A stretch of DNA of 64,000 nt, taken from the IMG/VR virus record IMGVR_UViG_3300043773_001986, one strand, 5' to 3'. Position 1 is the stretch's first letter. Each line of letters starts with the position of its first letter. The notes beneath the pieces were generated by a model. It was not told the origin of the DNA, did no database searches, and saw nothing but the letters and a program-made list of their open reading frames with translations. The translations under genes and the position numbers were made by a program. Positions 39,681 to 49,700 of the stretch are shown here, one piece after another. This DNA comes from an uncultured virus (IMG/VR IMGVR_UViG_3300043773_001986) (taxonomy: Duplodnaviria; Heunggongvirae; Uroviricota; Caudoviricetes).

Positions 39681-41060
39681 TTAATTTGTGTTTTCTCTTT
39701 GTTTTCTTTTTTCTAATAAATCTTTAATTCTTTGTCTATTGTTTTCTTCTTTTTGTTCTTCGTGTCCCAAGAATGTTACCGAAGATTCTGTATCGATGTC
39801 CAACATCCCATTATCAAACTTACAATTTTCAAAGATAATACCATCATCACCAATTCTTGATTTTGTAATCGCAATTGTTGCTAACTTCATTTCTTTTTGT
39901 TGTAATGTTTTTGCCACTGATATAATCACATGACCCACCTGAGCTTTCTTAATAGAACCACCCATTTGGTCTGTTGTTACAACTTCAGCAGAAATAGAAC
40001 TTCTATTACCTTGTGTTGCTGTCCATCCTACCAAGTTCAATTCGTGACACATTGCTTCAAATGCTCTCATAACTGAACCCTCCGATTTCCATTCATCACC
40101 CAAGTTTTTCTCAGGTACAACACAATCGATGTAATCTAATAAAATCATATCAATTTTACATCCATCAGCAATCTTTTTTCTTACAAGATTTTTGATTTGT
40201 GTCATTGTCATTGTATCAGAGGGAAGTTTTTCCAAGATAAGTTGATTTTCCATTTTTTGTTCAATCTCCTTAACTCTTGTCATTACTTCTTCCTTCTTAT
40301 TAGACATATCATCTGGATGGATTTTAGTCCACAATGTAAAATGTTTTCTTTGAATAACCTTGGGATTATCTTCAAAAAATATTTGAAGAATATTATAACC
40401 CAAGTTAAATCCGTGGTTGGCAATCTTGGTCAAGAATGTTGATTTACCCACACCTGTTGGTGCTAACACAACACCAATCTCACCCTTAGCTAAACCACCT
40501 TTTAATAATCTATCGATACCACCAATACCCATAGGAATTGGGTGTCTAAAATCTTCGTTTAGTACATCATCCAAGTTTGAGAATACACTCAACATTCCGT
40601 TTTCATTGATACCCACTTGTAGGGCATCTCTAATCATTTCCTCAAGGGTATCGTAGTTTTCGAACTCACCCCCATCAATTACTTTTTGTGCTTTTGTGAT
40701 AGCCTTTTGTAACTCTTGTTGTTTACAGAACTTTAACGCTTTCTCTTGAACGAAATCCCCACCAGAGATAGGTGCATCCTTAATTTTCTTAAGTGTGTCA
40801 ATTACTACTTTAGCAATTTGTTCTTGTTGAAACTCAGATTTTGTGATTTGTTCCAATGTGTCAAAAGTGGGCACTGAGTCCCACTTTTGATTATACTCTT
40901 TAATCATCTGTATGATGAGTTTGAAGTATTTGTTTTCGAAATAATTAGGTTCTATTACATCAATTATTGACCTTGAAAAGGTACTATCTACCACAATTTG
41001 ATTAAGTAGTTGTATCTGAAATGAGCTCCCTAAATAATCAAAATTTTTGTTAGATGACAT
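39681..41060 (-). CDS. replicative DNA helicase (DnaB / T4 gp41-like)
   Basis: Walker [23 protein letters not shown] and KSR motifs. Confidence 0.92.
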   Translation of the reverse strand: MSSNKNFDYLGSSFQIQLLNQIVVDSTFSRSIIDVIEPNYFENKYFKLIIQMIKEYNQKWDSVPTFDTLEQITKSEFQQEQIAKVVIDTLKKIKDAPISGGDFVQEKALKFCKQQELQKAITKAQKVIDGGEFENYDTLEEMIRDALQVGINENGMLSVFSNLDDVLNEDFRHPIPMGIGGIDRLLKGGLAKGEIGVVLAPTGVGKSTFLTKIANHGFNLGYNILQIFFEDNPKVIQRKHFTLWTKIHPDDMSNKKEEVMTRVKEIEQKMENQLILEKLPSDTMTMTQIKNLVRKKIADGCKIDMILLDYIDCVVPEKNLGDEWKSEGSVMRAFEAMCHELNLVGWTATQGNRSSISAEVVTTDQMGGSIKKAQVGHVIISVAKTLQQKEMKLATIAITKSRIGDDGIIFENCKFDNGMLDIDTESSVTFLGHEEQKEENNRQRIKDLLEKRKQRENTN

Positions 41061-41087
41061 AGTTTAAATTTGTTGTATGAATAAATA

Positions 41088-41540
41088 TTACACTCTTGTA
41101 TTAAGTCCAAGATAATCAAAAGAAAGGTCTCTTGCTGAAAATAAACTAGTTAATTCTGATAAAATTCCTTTGATTGTTTGTCTGATGTCAACTGTGTATC
41201 TAATCTTTGGAGGGTAGATTTTAGCGTCAAATCTTCTATGACAAAGTAACTTGTCCCCTTGTTTTAAATAAATGTTAAAGTACTCAGGGCCATCTACATA
41301 GGAGGTATTAAGGATGTCAGGTTTGTTTGTGATATCATATTGATTCTCCAACAAATAACTCACAGCTTTCATCTTAAGTTGATAATTCAAGTTATGGATT
41401 AAATCATCCATATACTCTTTGAAATCAACTGAATTTCTTGCATCAGGATTGTAATCTCTAACATTGAAGTATCTTTGAACTATGATGTTGTCGTTAACCA
41501 TCATTAAGAACTCCAATTTGGTAATGTCTTGCTCTCTCAT
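41088..41540 (-). CDS. hypothetical protein in the replication cluster
   Basis: 150 aa ORF between exonuclease and helicase. Confidence 0.7.
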   Translation of the reverse strand: MREQDITKLEFLMMVNDNIIVQRYFNVRDYNPDARNSVDFKEYMDDLIHNLNYQLKMKAVSYLLENQYDITNKPDILNTSYVDGPEYFNIYLKQGDKLLCHRRFDAKIYPPKIRYTVDIRQTIKGILSELTSLFSARDLSFDYLGLNTRV

Positions 41541-41546
41541 TGTGTT

Positions 41547-42554
41547 TTACTTTTTTGTTTTAAAATTGTGTTTTTCTTTTCTTGTAAGTTTTAAAAAGGG
41601 TTTTAAGAAATTAACCCAAGCGTCATCTCCTTTCGGTAAGAACTTAAAAAATCCATCTTCCATCATCATTTTAATTAGATTTCGATGTCCTCTTCCATCA
41701 GGGTCAAGTGTTTCTTTATAATAAAGTTCAACCACTTCTCTCCCTTCATCATCAATCAATGGGTTTGACAAATCTACAATCTTTTGGTTAATTTCAAAAA
41801 ATTCTTCACCATAAATTCCAGTTCTTGTCTTACCTGTCAAAAGATTTTTAAGAGTGTTATTTTCTTTGTCTTCTTTAAGGAGATTTTCTGCCTTGGATAA
41901 AATATCGTTAATAGTTACGTCTTGTTCAAGTAGTTCAGGAAATAATTTGAATAAAGTTTTATCACCCAAATAATATATTCCATCAATATTGTCGGATTTA
42001 TCTCCCGCTAATATTTTATAAACCAAAATATTGTTGTGAGGAATCTCGTGTTCCTTGAGTTTAATTTTATCACCAAAATTATACAATTGTTTGGCTGATG
42101 GTGAATAAATGGAAACATTCTTGGATATAAGTTGGGTTAAATCTTTATCTGATGAAAAAATGGTAATCTTCTCGTCAGTTGCTATCTGACAATAATATGC
42201 AATCAAGTCATCAGCTTCGTTATTTTCTATGTTCACTTGACGAATGAACATCTCCTCCAAGTATTGTTTTACCCTCTCTTTTTGAAAGGTAAATGATTGA
42301 ACCTTAAACTCATTTTGTTCTTGGATTCTATTTTCTTTGTACTGGGGGTAAATTAACTTTCGTTTATTAGCATTACCTTCGTTATCCCAAAAAACCATTA
42401 CTTTATCAAAATTATATTCTTCAATAAATCTTCTAGTTGTATTGAGAAAATGCCATATACCCCCAATGTGATTTCCATTATGATAATAATCTTTCACGCC
42501 ATGGAAGCCTATCTTCATCAAGTTGTTCGCATCAATAACAAGTGTTTTTGTCAT
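41547..42554 (-). CDS. 5'-3' exonuclease / flap endonuclease (T4 RNase H, PolA N-terminal-like)
   Basis: LVIDANN, VFWD, YKENR, EADDLIA, SSDKDLTQL and GDKSDNIDGI..LGDKT motifs. Confidence 0.92.
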   Translation of the reverse strand: MTKTLVIDANNLMKIGFHGVKDYYHNGNHIGGIWHFLNTTRRFIEEYNFDKVMVFWDNEGNANKRKLIYPQYKENRIQEQNEFKVQSFTFQKERVKQYLEEMFIRQVNIENNEADDLIAYYCQIATDEKITIFSSDKDLTQLISKNVSIYSPSAKQLYNFGDKIKLKEHEIPHNNILVYKILAGDKSDNIDGIYYLGDKTLFKLFPELLEQDVTINDILSKAENLLKEDKENNTLKNLLTGKTRTGIYGEEFFEINQKIVDLSNPLIDDEGREVVELYYKETLDPDGRGHRNLIKMMMEDGFFKFLPKGDDAWVNFLKPFLKLTRKEKHNFKTKK

Positions 42555-43562
42555 TTAAAATAAACTTAATTGTGTGAACGATTTTGTTTCTTTCGTTTGA
42601 GTGATATACTCACCCAAGAACTCGGTAAAGATAGCTTCCATTACTGGTACACAAATGGAGTTACCCGCCAACGCAATATGATTATTAGTTGTTAAACTTG
42701 TTGATAATAGTTTATCAATATCTTCTTCTCTAACACCCATAAATCTGTAAGCCTCTCTTCCTGTGATAGTTCTTATTCTTCCATCAACCATAATCTGTGG
42801 TGAACCAGTTGTTGTTAAACAAGGGGAACAACCATCAATCGAATAAACTCGTCTTGCTTGGTCGTAGTTAACATCGTTTCTCCTTGCCACAAGTTTGCAC
42901 ACACTATCTTTTTTGGGATGGTTAGGTGTAATGTCACAAGTGATAAATAAGTCCTCTGTAATCTCATTTTCGATGAATGGTCTCATAGGAACTCTATCTT
43001 TCTTATGTTTCTCAACACCACTCATAATTGTTTCAACTTCATTATTTGTCAAACCAAATACGGACATCATAAACACCCTCTCTCTATTCTGTGGACAACC
43101 AAAGTCGGCGCCATTCAATACCTTCCAAGAACAACCATAACCCAATTCATTTAAGAATGAAATATGAGCTTTGAAGTTCTCAATGTGATTATGTGATACC
43201 AAGTTTTTAACATTCTCCATCAAAAGATACTTCGGTTGGTTCTTTGTCAAAATCCTTTCAACTTCATATAACAAACCACTTCTTGTACCTTTTTGAATAC
43301 CCTTTTGTACCCCTGATATTGATATATCTTGACAAGGGAAAGAATAGGTCATCAGGTCACATTGGGGGAAACTATCTTCGTTTACCTTTGATATGTCCCC
43401 CAAGTTACCCAATGTTGTCTCGTGTAATGAATCATAAGCTATGTTCGCAACTTTAAGGATGTCACAATTTGCAACATCTTCATAGTTAGCACCAATGTAT
43501 TTCAGTGCCAACTCTTGTGTACCATAACCAGAAAATAGTGATATTACTTTTAGTTTATTCAT
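42555..43562 (-). CDS. DNA (cytosine-5)-methyltransferase
   Basis: LFSGYG (I), FPCQDIS (IV), MENVKN (VI), QNRERVF (VIII) and AGNSI (X). Confidence 0.93.
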   Translation of the reverse strand: MNKLKVISLFSGYGTQELALKYIGANYEDVANCDILKVANIAYDSLHETTLGNLGDISKVNEDSFPQCDLMTYSFPCQDISISGVQKGIQKGTRSGLLYEVERILTKNQPKYLLMENVKNLVSHNHIENFKAHISFLNELGYGCSWKVLNGADFGCPQNRERVFMMSVFGLTNNEVETIMSGVEKHKKDRVPMRPFIENEITEDLFITCDITPNHPKKDSVCKLVARRNDVNYDQARRVYSIDGCSPCLTTTGSPQIMVDGRIRTITGREAYRFMGVREEDIDKLLSTSLTTNNHIALAGNSICVPVMEAIFTEFLGEYITQTKETKSFTQLSLF

Positions 43563-44559
43563 ATTCTTTTTCTTCTTTCAAATCAAAATCTCCCTCCAAA
43601 CCTAATAAATCTTTCCAATAATCTGCGTATTCTTTCTTATATTTTTCAATAGAAACTTTTTCTTCTGTTGTATCTTTACCTGATAAGAATCCGTGGGGAG
43701 TTACAATTATCTTACCATCATCATATCCCAAACCATTAATGTGGTTCTTTAATACAGATACTTTTGTTCTTGAAGCGAACTTAACACTTCTCTTATCTTT
43801 AGTTGCCGTAATCTTGGTTGTTCCAGCACCTTTTTGATTACCAAACAAAAATACCAAAGAAGAGTTCAACCATATTGCTTCACCACCTTTAGCTTTAATC
43901 TTTGGTTGTCCAAATGGGTTATCAGGTAATTCAACCCAAGGTTGGTTAACGATAATCAAAGTATTTTCAAACTTTGAATCCGCTTTTCTAGAACCTGAGA
44001 TTCTTTGGTTGATACCCATACCAATTTTATCGGCAAGAACTGAGGCGTTATGTTGTTTACCACCTTTACCTTCAAATGTCATTTTACAAGGAATTGACCC
44101 AACTGAGTCCCACATAAAACATAAACTATATTCAAGGTCACCTTTTTCTTGTGCATCAAGTAAGTCGTTGATATAATCTGTGATTTGTTCAATGTATTCG
44201 AAGTTATTGTTGAAGATATAAAAACCATCCCAATCAACTTCACCCGTTTCTTCGTCCACAACTTCTTCACATTGTAGTCCCATCAATTTTGCGTGCTCAA
44301 AACTCCATTTTTGTTCTGTGATTATGAACACAGGTAGAATACCCTTTCTTTGAGCATCTACTGCAGTTTTTACTAAAGCAGTTGTTTTACCAGTATCAGA
44401 GTGACCTAAAAACATATTTAGGTGACCTACAGCAGGACCTGGTAATCCAACAGCATCCAAGAACTCAGTACCCAAGTCAAAGTATCTTTGTTGTTTGTAC
44501 TTTGCTGAGGTGGAGAACTTCTTTTTAATACTACTGAAATCCGTTTTCTTAATTGCCAT
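43555..44559 (-). CDS. RecA/UvsX-like recombinase
   Basis: GHSDTGKTT Walker A, WDSVGS, IIVNQ, KGGEA and KNHI motifs. Confidence 0.88.
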   Translation of the reverse strand: MAIKKTDFSSIKKKFSTSAKYKQQRYFDLGTEFLDAVGLPGPAVGHLNMFLGHSDTGKTTALVKTAVDAQRKGILPVFIITEQKWSFEHAKLMGLQCEEVVDEETGEVDWDGFYIFNNNFEYIEQITDYINDLLDAQEKGDLEYSLCFMWDSVGSIPCKMTFEGKGGKQHNASVLADKIGMGINQRISGSRKADSKFENTLIIVNQPWVELPDNPFGQPKIKAKGGEAIWLNSSLVFLFGNQKGAGTTKITATKDKRSVKFASRTKVSVLKNHINGLGYDDGKIIVTPHGFLSGKDTTEEKVSIEKYKKEYADYWKDLLGLEGDFDLKEEKEYE

Positions 44560-44776
44560 CGTTTAAATTATATTTTACAAATTCTTTTAGTGTTTCCAAC
44601 TTGTCTTTAGCATTAGCCATTTTCTCAACATACTTGTCCATTTCTTCTAAATGTTGTGGATGTTCACCAATACCAACTGAGTTAGAGAAATAAACCAATA
44701 AAGTGGCCTCAGCCTCTGCTATCTCACTCTCGTATTTAAGAGCAAGAGCATCAATCATTTTAATTTGAATTTTCAT
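44549..44776 (-). CDS. small conserved-looking phage protein (helical hairpin)
   Basis: ALALKYE..IAEA...YFSNSVGIGEHPQHLEEMDK. Confidence 0.7.
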   Translation of the reverse strand: MKIQIKMIDALALKYESEIAEAEATLLVYFSNSVGIGEHPQHLEEMDKYVEKMANAKDKLETLKEFVKYNLNDGN

Positions 44777-44785
44777 TTAGGATTT

Positions 44786-44816
44786 AAAAATGAACCCCAC
44801 TTTGTTAATGGGGTTC
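44786..44816 (-). terminator. intrinsic terminator/hairpin after the SSB gene
   Basis: GAACCCCA...TGGGGTTC stem, followed on the minus strand by ATTTTT. Confidence 0.7.
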
Positions 44817-44832
44817 GGGTTAAAAAATATTT

Positions 44833-45684
44833 TTAGAACGGAAGGTCACCACTTGGTTCGAAATCATCAGAATCGTCCAAATAAGTTGGTGTGGATTTAC
44901 CACCTAATACAACTTCACCTGAATCTGAGTTACTATAAACATAACCACCCTTTTCACTATCCCATCTTGGTGTTTCACCTTTGGCAATAGCTTCCAAGTA
45001 TTCTACTGGTTTTTTAGAGTAAACATCAGCCCAAGATAGTTCATCATTCAACCAACCTTCAGCTGTTTCTTTGTTTTCGTGGAGTGGAGCTGGGTCATCA
45101 TACATAATAGTTTGAATAACTGTATATGTTGCACCCTTTGGGGTTTTTGCTTTGGTCATCTCTAAGATAATATCTCTACCTTTTTGAGAATCGGTTACAT
45201 CACCTTTTGCTCTAAAGATAGGAATAAGTTTATCTAAGATACCTTCGTTTTTGTAGTTGTGTTTGAATCTCCAAAACTTAACTCCATCGTTTTCATTATC
45301 TCTGTCGATAAGTTTAACAATGTAAAATTTACGAGGTTTGTATTGTTTTGCAAGTTCTTTGTCGGCATCTCTACCAGTTGACATAAGTTCTTCATATACT
45401 TCTGTAAGTGGAGAACGCTCATTATCATTTTTACCTGGGTCATAGAACTTTTGCCATTTACCATCTACTTGGATTTCGTGAAACCACACCTCTTTGAAAG
45501 GTGAACTTCCATCTGTAGTTGGAAGGATTCTTAATCTTTTTTGTCCTTGTTTTTCATTGTCCTTAAGAAGAGCTGCGAAGTATTTCTTCATTCTCTCATC
45601 TTGAGACATTTTGTTGGTATTACTACCTGATTTTTGTGATTGTTCGTACTGAGCTAAAATAGCATCTAATGGATTTGTCGCCAT
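44833..45684 (-). CDS. single-stranded DNA-binding protein (T4 gp32-like)
   Basis: RLRILP, PFKEVWFH, KFWRF, GDVTD..KGRDIIL and acidic tail ending DLPF. Confidence 0.8.
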   Translation of the reverse strand: MATNPLDAILAQYEQSQKSGSNTNKMSQDERMKKYFAALLKDNEKQGQKRLRILPTTDGSSPFKEVWFHEIQVDGKWQKFYDPGKNDNERSPLTEVYEELMSTGRDADKELAKQYKPRKFYIVKLIDRDNENDGVKFWRFKHNYKNEGILDKLIPIFRAKGDVTDSQKGRDIILEMTKAKTPKGATYTVIQTIMYDDPAPLHENKETAEGWLNDELSWADVYSKKPVEYLEAIAKGETPRWDSEKGGYVYSNSDSGEVVLGGKSTPTYLDDSDDFEPSGDLPF

Positions 45685-45723
45685 AATGTTTAAAAAGTTT
45701 TTTGTTAAGAAATATTATACACA

Positions 45724-45752
45724 ATAGTAAGTGTCAGCCGTGGGTTTGTCAA
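45724..45752 (-). promoter_or_regulatory. sigma70-like promoter for the SSB/RecA/replication operon
   Basis: Minus-strand TTGACA (45752-45747), 17 nt spacer, TACTAT (45729-45724), about 40 nt before the SSB start. Confidence 0.65.
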
Positions 45753-45760
45753 ATTAAGTT

Positions 45761-46477
45761 CTAATATATTTTTTTGAATTTACTTACGTCATTTTCAGGA
45801 GTCATCTCAGTATCACCAAAATCTCTGAAACTTCTTTTAATTTCATTAGGTGAATAACTTTCAACTTCGTCTGTGGTTAAAACATATTCATTTTTTCCAC
45901 TCGCTTCCATTTCCTCCTCCTTGTCTTCAAAAAACTTACTTAATTTTTGGTTAAAAGGACCTGAATCTAAAGTTCTAAGTTCTAATTTTTCTTCAGGTGT
46001 TTTAACTCTGTATTTTTCAATTTTAGTTTCAATAGAATTTAATCTATCTAATATACCATCCATAGCATTTAATTTGGATTCCAAATCATTGAGATGGTTG
46101 AATAAACTTTCGAAATATTCATCTTGTTTTTCTTCAACAGATTTTTGTCCTTTAACTAAATCAGTGACTTCAATTTCTTCCTTATCACCTTTTTTCTTTT
46201 CGTCTCCTAATTTTTCAACATCAGGGTCGGACTCTGTGTCAATTGGTTCAGGTAGTGGTGCTGTTGGTGGTGCAGGTGCTCCTGCTGCAGTATCAGGAGC
46301 TGGAGCTGGAACATCACCTGCTGGTGGAACTTCTCCCCCTGGTGCTGGTGGTATTTCCCCTCCAGGTACTGGTGGAACTTCTCCCCCTGGTGCTGGTGGT
46401 AGTTCTTGTTCGTTTATGTATTTATTAATTTGATTATATCTCTTTAGTTCTTCTAAAATTCTTAAGTCAGTTTTCAT
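45761..46477 (-). CDS. acidic, Pro-rich repeat protein with coiled coil
   Basis: (PPAPGGEV)-type repeats, acidic linker, heptad region. Confidence 0.75.
   Translation of the reverse strand: MKTDLRILEELKRYNQINKYINEQELPPAPGGEVPPVPGGEIPPAPGGEVPPAGDVPAPAPDTAAGAPAPPTAPLPEPIDTESDPDVEKLGDEKKKGDKEEIEVTDLVKGQKSVEEKQDEYFESLFNHLNDLESKLNAMDGILDRLNSIETKIEKYRVKTPEEKLELRTLDSGPFNQKLSKFFEDKEEEMEASGKNEYVLTTDEVESYSPNEIKRSFRDFGDTEMTPENDVSKFKKIY
46321..46400. repeat. coding tandem repeat (24-nt unit; identical 32-nt copies 48 nt apart)
   Basis: ctggtggaacttctccccctggtgctggtggt at 46321-46352 and 46369-46400. Confidence 0.9.
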
Positions 46478-46479
46478 TA

Positions 46480-46704
46480 TTAACCATTTAATAGTTGTTT
46501 TATTCCTGTTGTTGTTTCAACTTGAATTTTTTTATGAGTTCTCATTGTATTATCAACTCTTTCAATAAGACCATCTTTCATTCTCACTGTGTAACATTCA
46601 CCAGTGTCTAAATCACAAACTTGTTTAGTACCATCCCCCATATCTTTTTCAGAGGTTCTAGTATTTTTACCTAAGTAATTATCTAAAATTAATTTTACAC
46701 TCAT
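46480..46704 (-). CDS. hypothetical protein
   Basis: 74 aa, VCDLDTGECY motif, preceded by the TATTTAT motif. Confidence 0.7.
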   Translation of the reverse strand: MSVKLILDNYLGKNTRTSEKDMGDGTKQVCDLDTGECYTVRMKDGLIERVDNTMRTHKKIQVETTTGIKQLLNG

Positions 46705-46749
46705 ATTTTTAGTTTTTATATAAATATCTGTTGTAACTGAAAAAAAAAA

Positions 46750-49700
46750 CTACAATACAATCTGTATCGGATATTTTCCTATTTCTTGTTGTCTGTTTTG
46801 GTCTGTTCTACCATCAGCTAAAACAGGATTAACGTAAACCCAAATCACAAAATTGTATGTTCCAATAAAATCATTTCTAGAGACACCACTACAACCAATT
46901 CGTGATATTAAATCAGTATTATTTATCAATACTGATTGTTGGTCTGTACTAATATATTCTGGTATAGATTTATTTTTACCACTTCGTGAACACAATGCTG
47001 ATGAAGTCCAATCCAAATTAACTGCAAATATTTTCCACAAACCACTATTTGGTTTTATTTGTATAGTTAATCTTTGGAAACTACCATCTAATCCACCAGT
47101 GACAATTGTTTCTTGTAAAATCGAAGGTTGTGGCGGTGCTGGTGGTGGTGTAATTTGAGTTACAACATTAGTTGCTGGTTTTAATATTTGTAGTGCTTTA
47201 TTAAAGTCATCCTTATATTTTTGAAAGTCATTAGTTCCAACCATTTTATTGTAACTCTCAGTTCCTTTACCAACACTATCAGCAAATGAATTTATATAAG
47301 CAAATTTAACGTAATCATCCACATTGATTTGTTCTCCATTACTTTGTAAAGTAATAACCCTTGATTGCCATCTTTTAATAAGAAACTCAACATAATTTGA
47401 CAACGAACTAAACTCAACATACGGAATATTTTTCGTTGTACAGAAATATTTTTCATTTCCAATTGTACCAAAATATTGGTCAATAGATAAATAACCTGGA
47501 TTATTTCCAATAACTCTTAGTCCATCTTTACCATTGAATGAATTTGTATAAGACCAAAAGAAAATAGTATAAAGTAGTTTATCATCATTAGATTGACCTT
47601 TTATTTCTTTAATCAAATCTTGATAATTAATTGTAACCTCAGTAGGTGTAGTATTGTTAACAAATTTACTATATTGTTCAACTGGTTTACAAGCTTCATT
47701 TGTTGTTTGAGAAACTTGTTGTGAAGCACCATTACCAGCATTACTTGTAACATTATTTGTAACACTATTAACGTTTGTATTTTGTTGTACTGTAGTTGTT
47801 GTACTTTGTTGTTTAATCAATTCAGTAATTTTACTCACCAAGTTAGCTCTAAGATTTTGTATGTAATTATCAATCTTTGGTAAATTTGGTACTGGTTGTC
47901 TAACTCCCTCAAAACTAGTTTCAAAACTTGAATCTGTGATGTTGTGTGATACTGAAGTAATATAATACGAACCACTAAACATAGGTACGTTTCTTAAATT
48001 AAAGTACATTGTTGGTTGTATTAAAGCATTTCCCAACATATCAATATTACAAGTATAACTTCTGTTCTTATATAAATTATATAAGGATACACTTTGTGTT
48101 GCACCACCTCTGTTTCCACCTTGATTTGCCATTTGGTTTAAAATCTGAAGTGATTCTGATGTTGCTAAAGATGAATTTTGACCAACACTAAAGTTTTTAA
48201 ATACACCCTGATTTTGAGGACCGATATCAACATTAAATCCAACTACTCTATTTGATTTATCCCAATCTTTTTTACCAACTTGATTTTCAACCAAGGGATT
48301 ATCACTTGCTCTAGTCAAATCAAATGAATCACTTCTAAATCTGAAGTCAACACTTTTAACATCAGGTTGTTCACTAGCTTTACCTGCGTAAGTACAAACC
48401 ATTTTAGCTGTTGATTCTCTATAATCAACATTTAAAAATGTCCCAAAAAGTGTATTTGCAAATTCTGCAGTACCTTCCAATCTTGGTTTTGGGTCTTTAA
48501 TCGCATCTTGTACATTGTAAAAATTGATGTAGTTAGGTATTGTAAGTACAACAAAATGATTTAATTGTAATATACCCGTAACGTAAGAATACAAACTAGC
48601 CGAAGCATTTATGTTTGTAATTTGGTCACTTATTGAAAATATATCAATTAATACTTCTTCCCCAATGTTTTTATTTGCCCTATCCAATAATAAAACATCC
48701 TCAAATAATGTTTTAGTTTTGTAGTCATTACCAGAAATCCATTTATCATTTAGTGCTTTAAATGATTCCCATAATTCAACTTTAGGTTGTGGTTCACCAG
48801 TCAACTTCGATGGTTTCTGTTCTTCAACTGTCATATTAACATTGGCCAAAGATTTTTGTAATTTTGGTATCAAATTGTTAACAATCTTATCTCTAAAGTT
48901 ATCCACTTGAGACAAGTAGGATGACATAGCAGTTTGAAAGGCATTTTTACCTTTCTGTTGTGTGGTGTTTGGTGTTGGTGTATAAGTTTGTGGTTCAACA
49001 AATTCTTGTCTTACAATATATTGCGGGTCATTAGGATTATTAGATAATGAATTATATGCAGTTTCAATAACTTGATTAGTTATTGCCGAATAATAAACAT
49101 TTGTTGTTGCAGTCACATTAAAATTGTTTGCTGCTCTCAATGAAAGTGGAATACTTTCATACTTACTTTCAAATAGAGGTGTCCCACCAGAGTTCTTATA
49201 AATTGTTCTATATTTACCATCATAGTATTCTATGTTAATTGTAAATAAGTTTTTGAGATAAGTTATACCTACAATCTGAGTTGGTTGTGTTGGTGGTGAC
49301 TGAGGTGGTTCAATTTGATTTACTTGAAACTGATTTAGTTTCTGAGTTGCGTAAATTTTGATAATTTGAGCAAAAGATTTAACATTATCTTCCGTAAACG
49401 CAACATTAAAATCAACAAAGAAATCAGTGATATATGAACCACTATTTTTATAACTTATATCTTGTATTGTTGAAAATCCCACATAGGTTCTCAAAGCCTT
49501 CCAAACATTAGGATAATTAACCTCTGAAAATAACAAAGTTGGGTTTCCATTTACAGGTACACTATTAGGTGTTATGATTTGATACTTTTCCCAAACGATG
49601 GGGTCAACAACTTCTTCATTTGAAAAAGTTAAAAATAACTTCCTATCATAATTTGATGGATTACCAAATTTAAAGTAGATATCATAGAGAAGAAAATCTG

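Noticed and set aside
36301..41060. Introns or inteins in nrdA, nrdB or the helicase
   Set aside because: The ORFs are uninterrupted and of normal length, with no intein motifs seen.
44790..44990. Plus-strand 66 aa ORF
   Set aside because: It overlaps the SSB 3' end in antisense and starts within a terminator hairpin.
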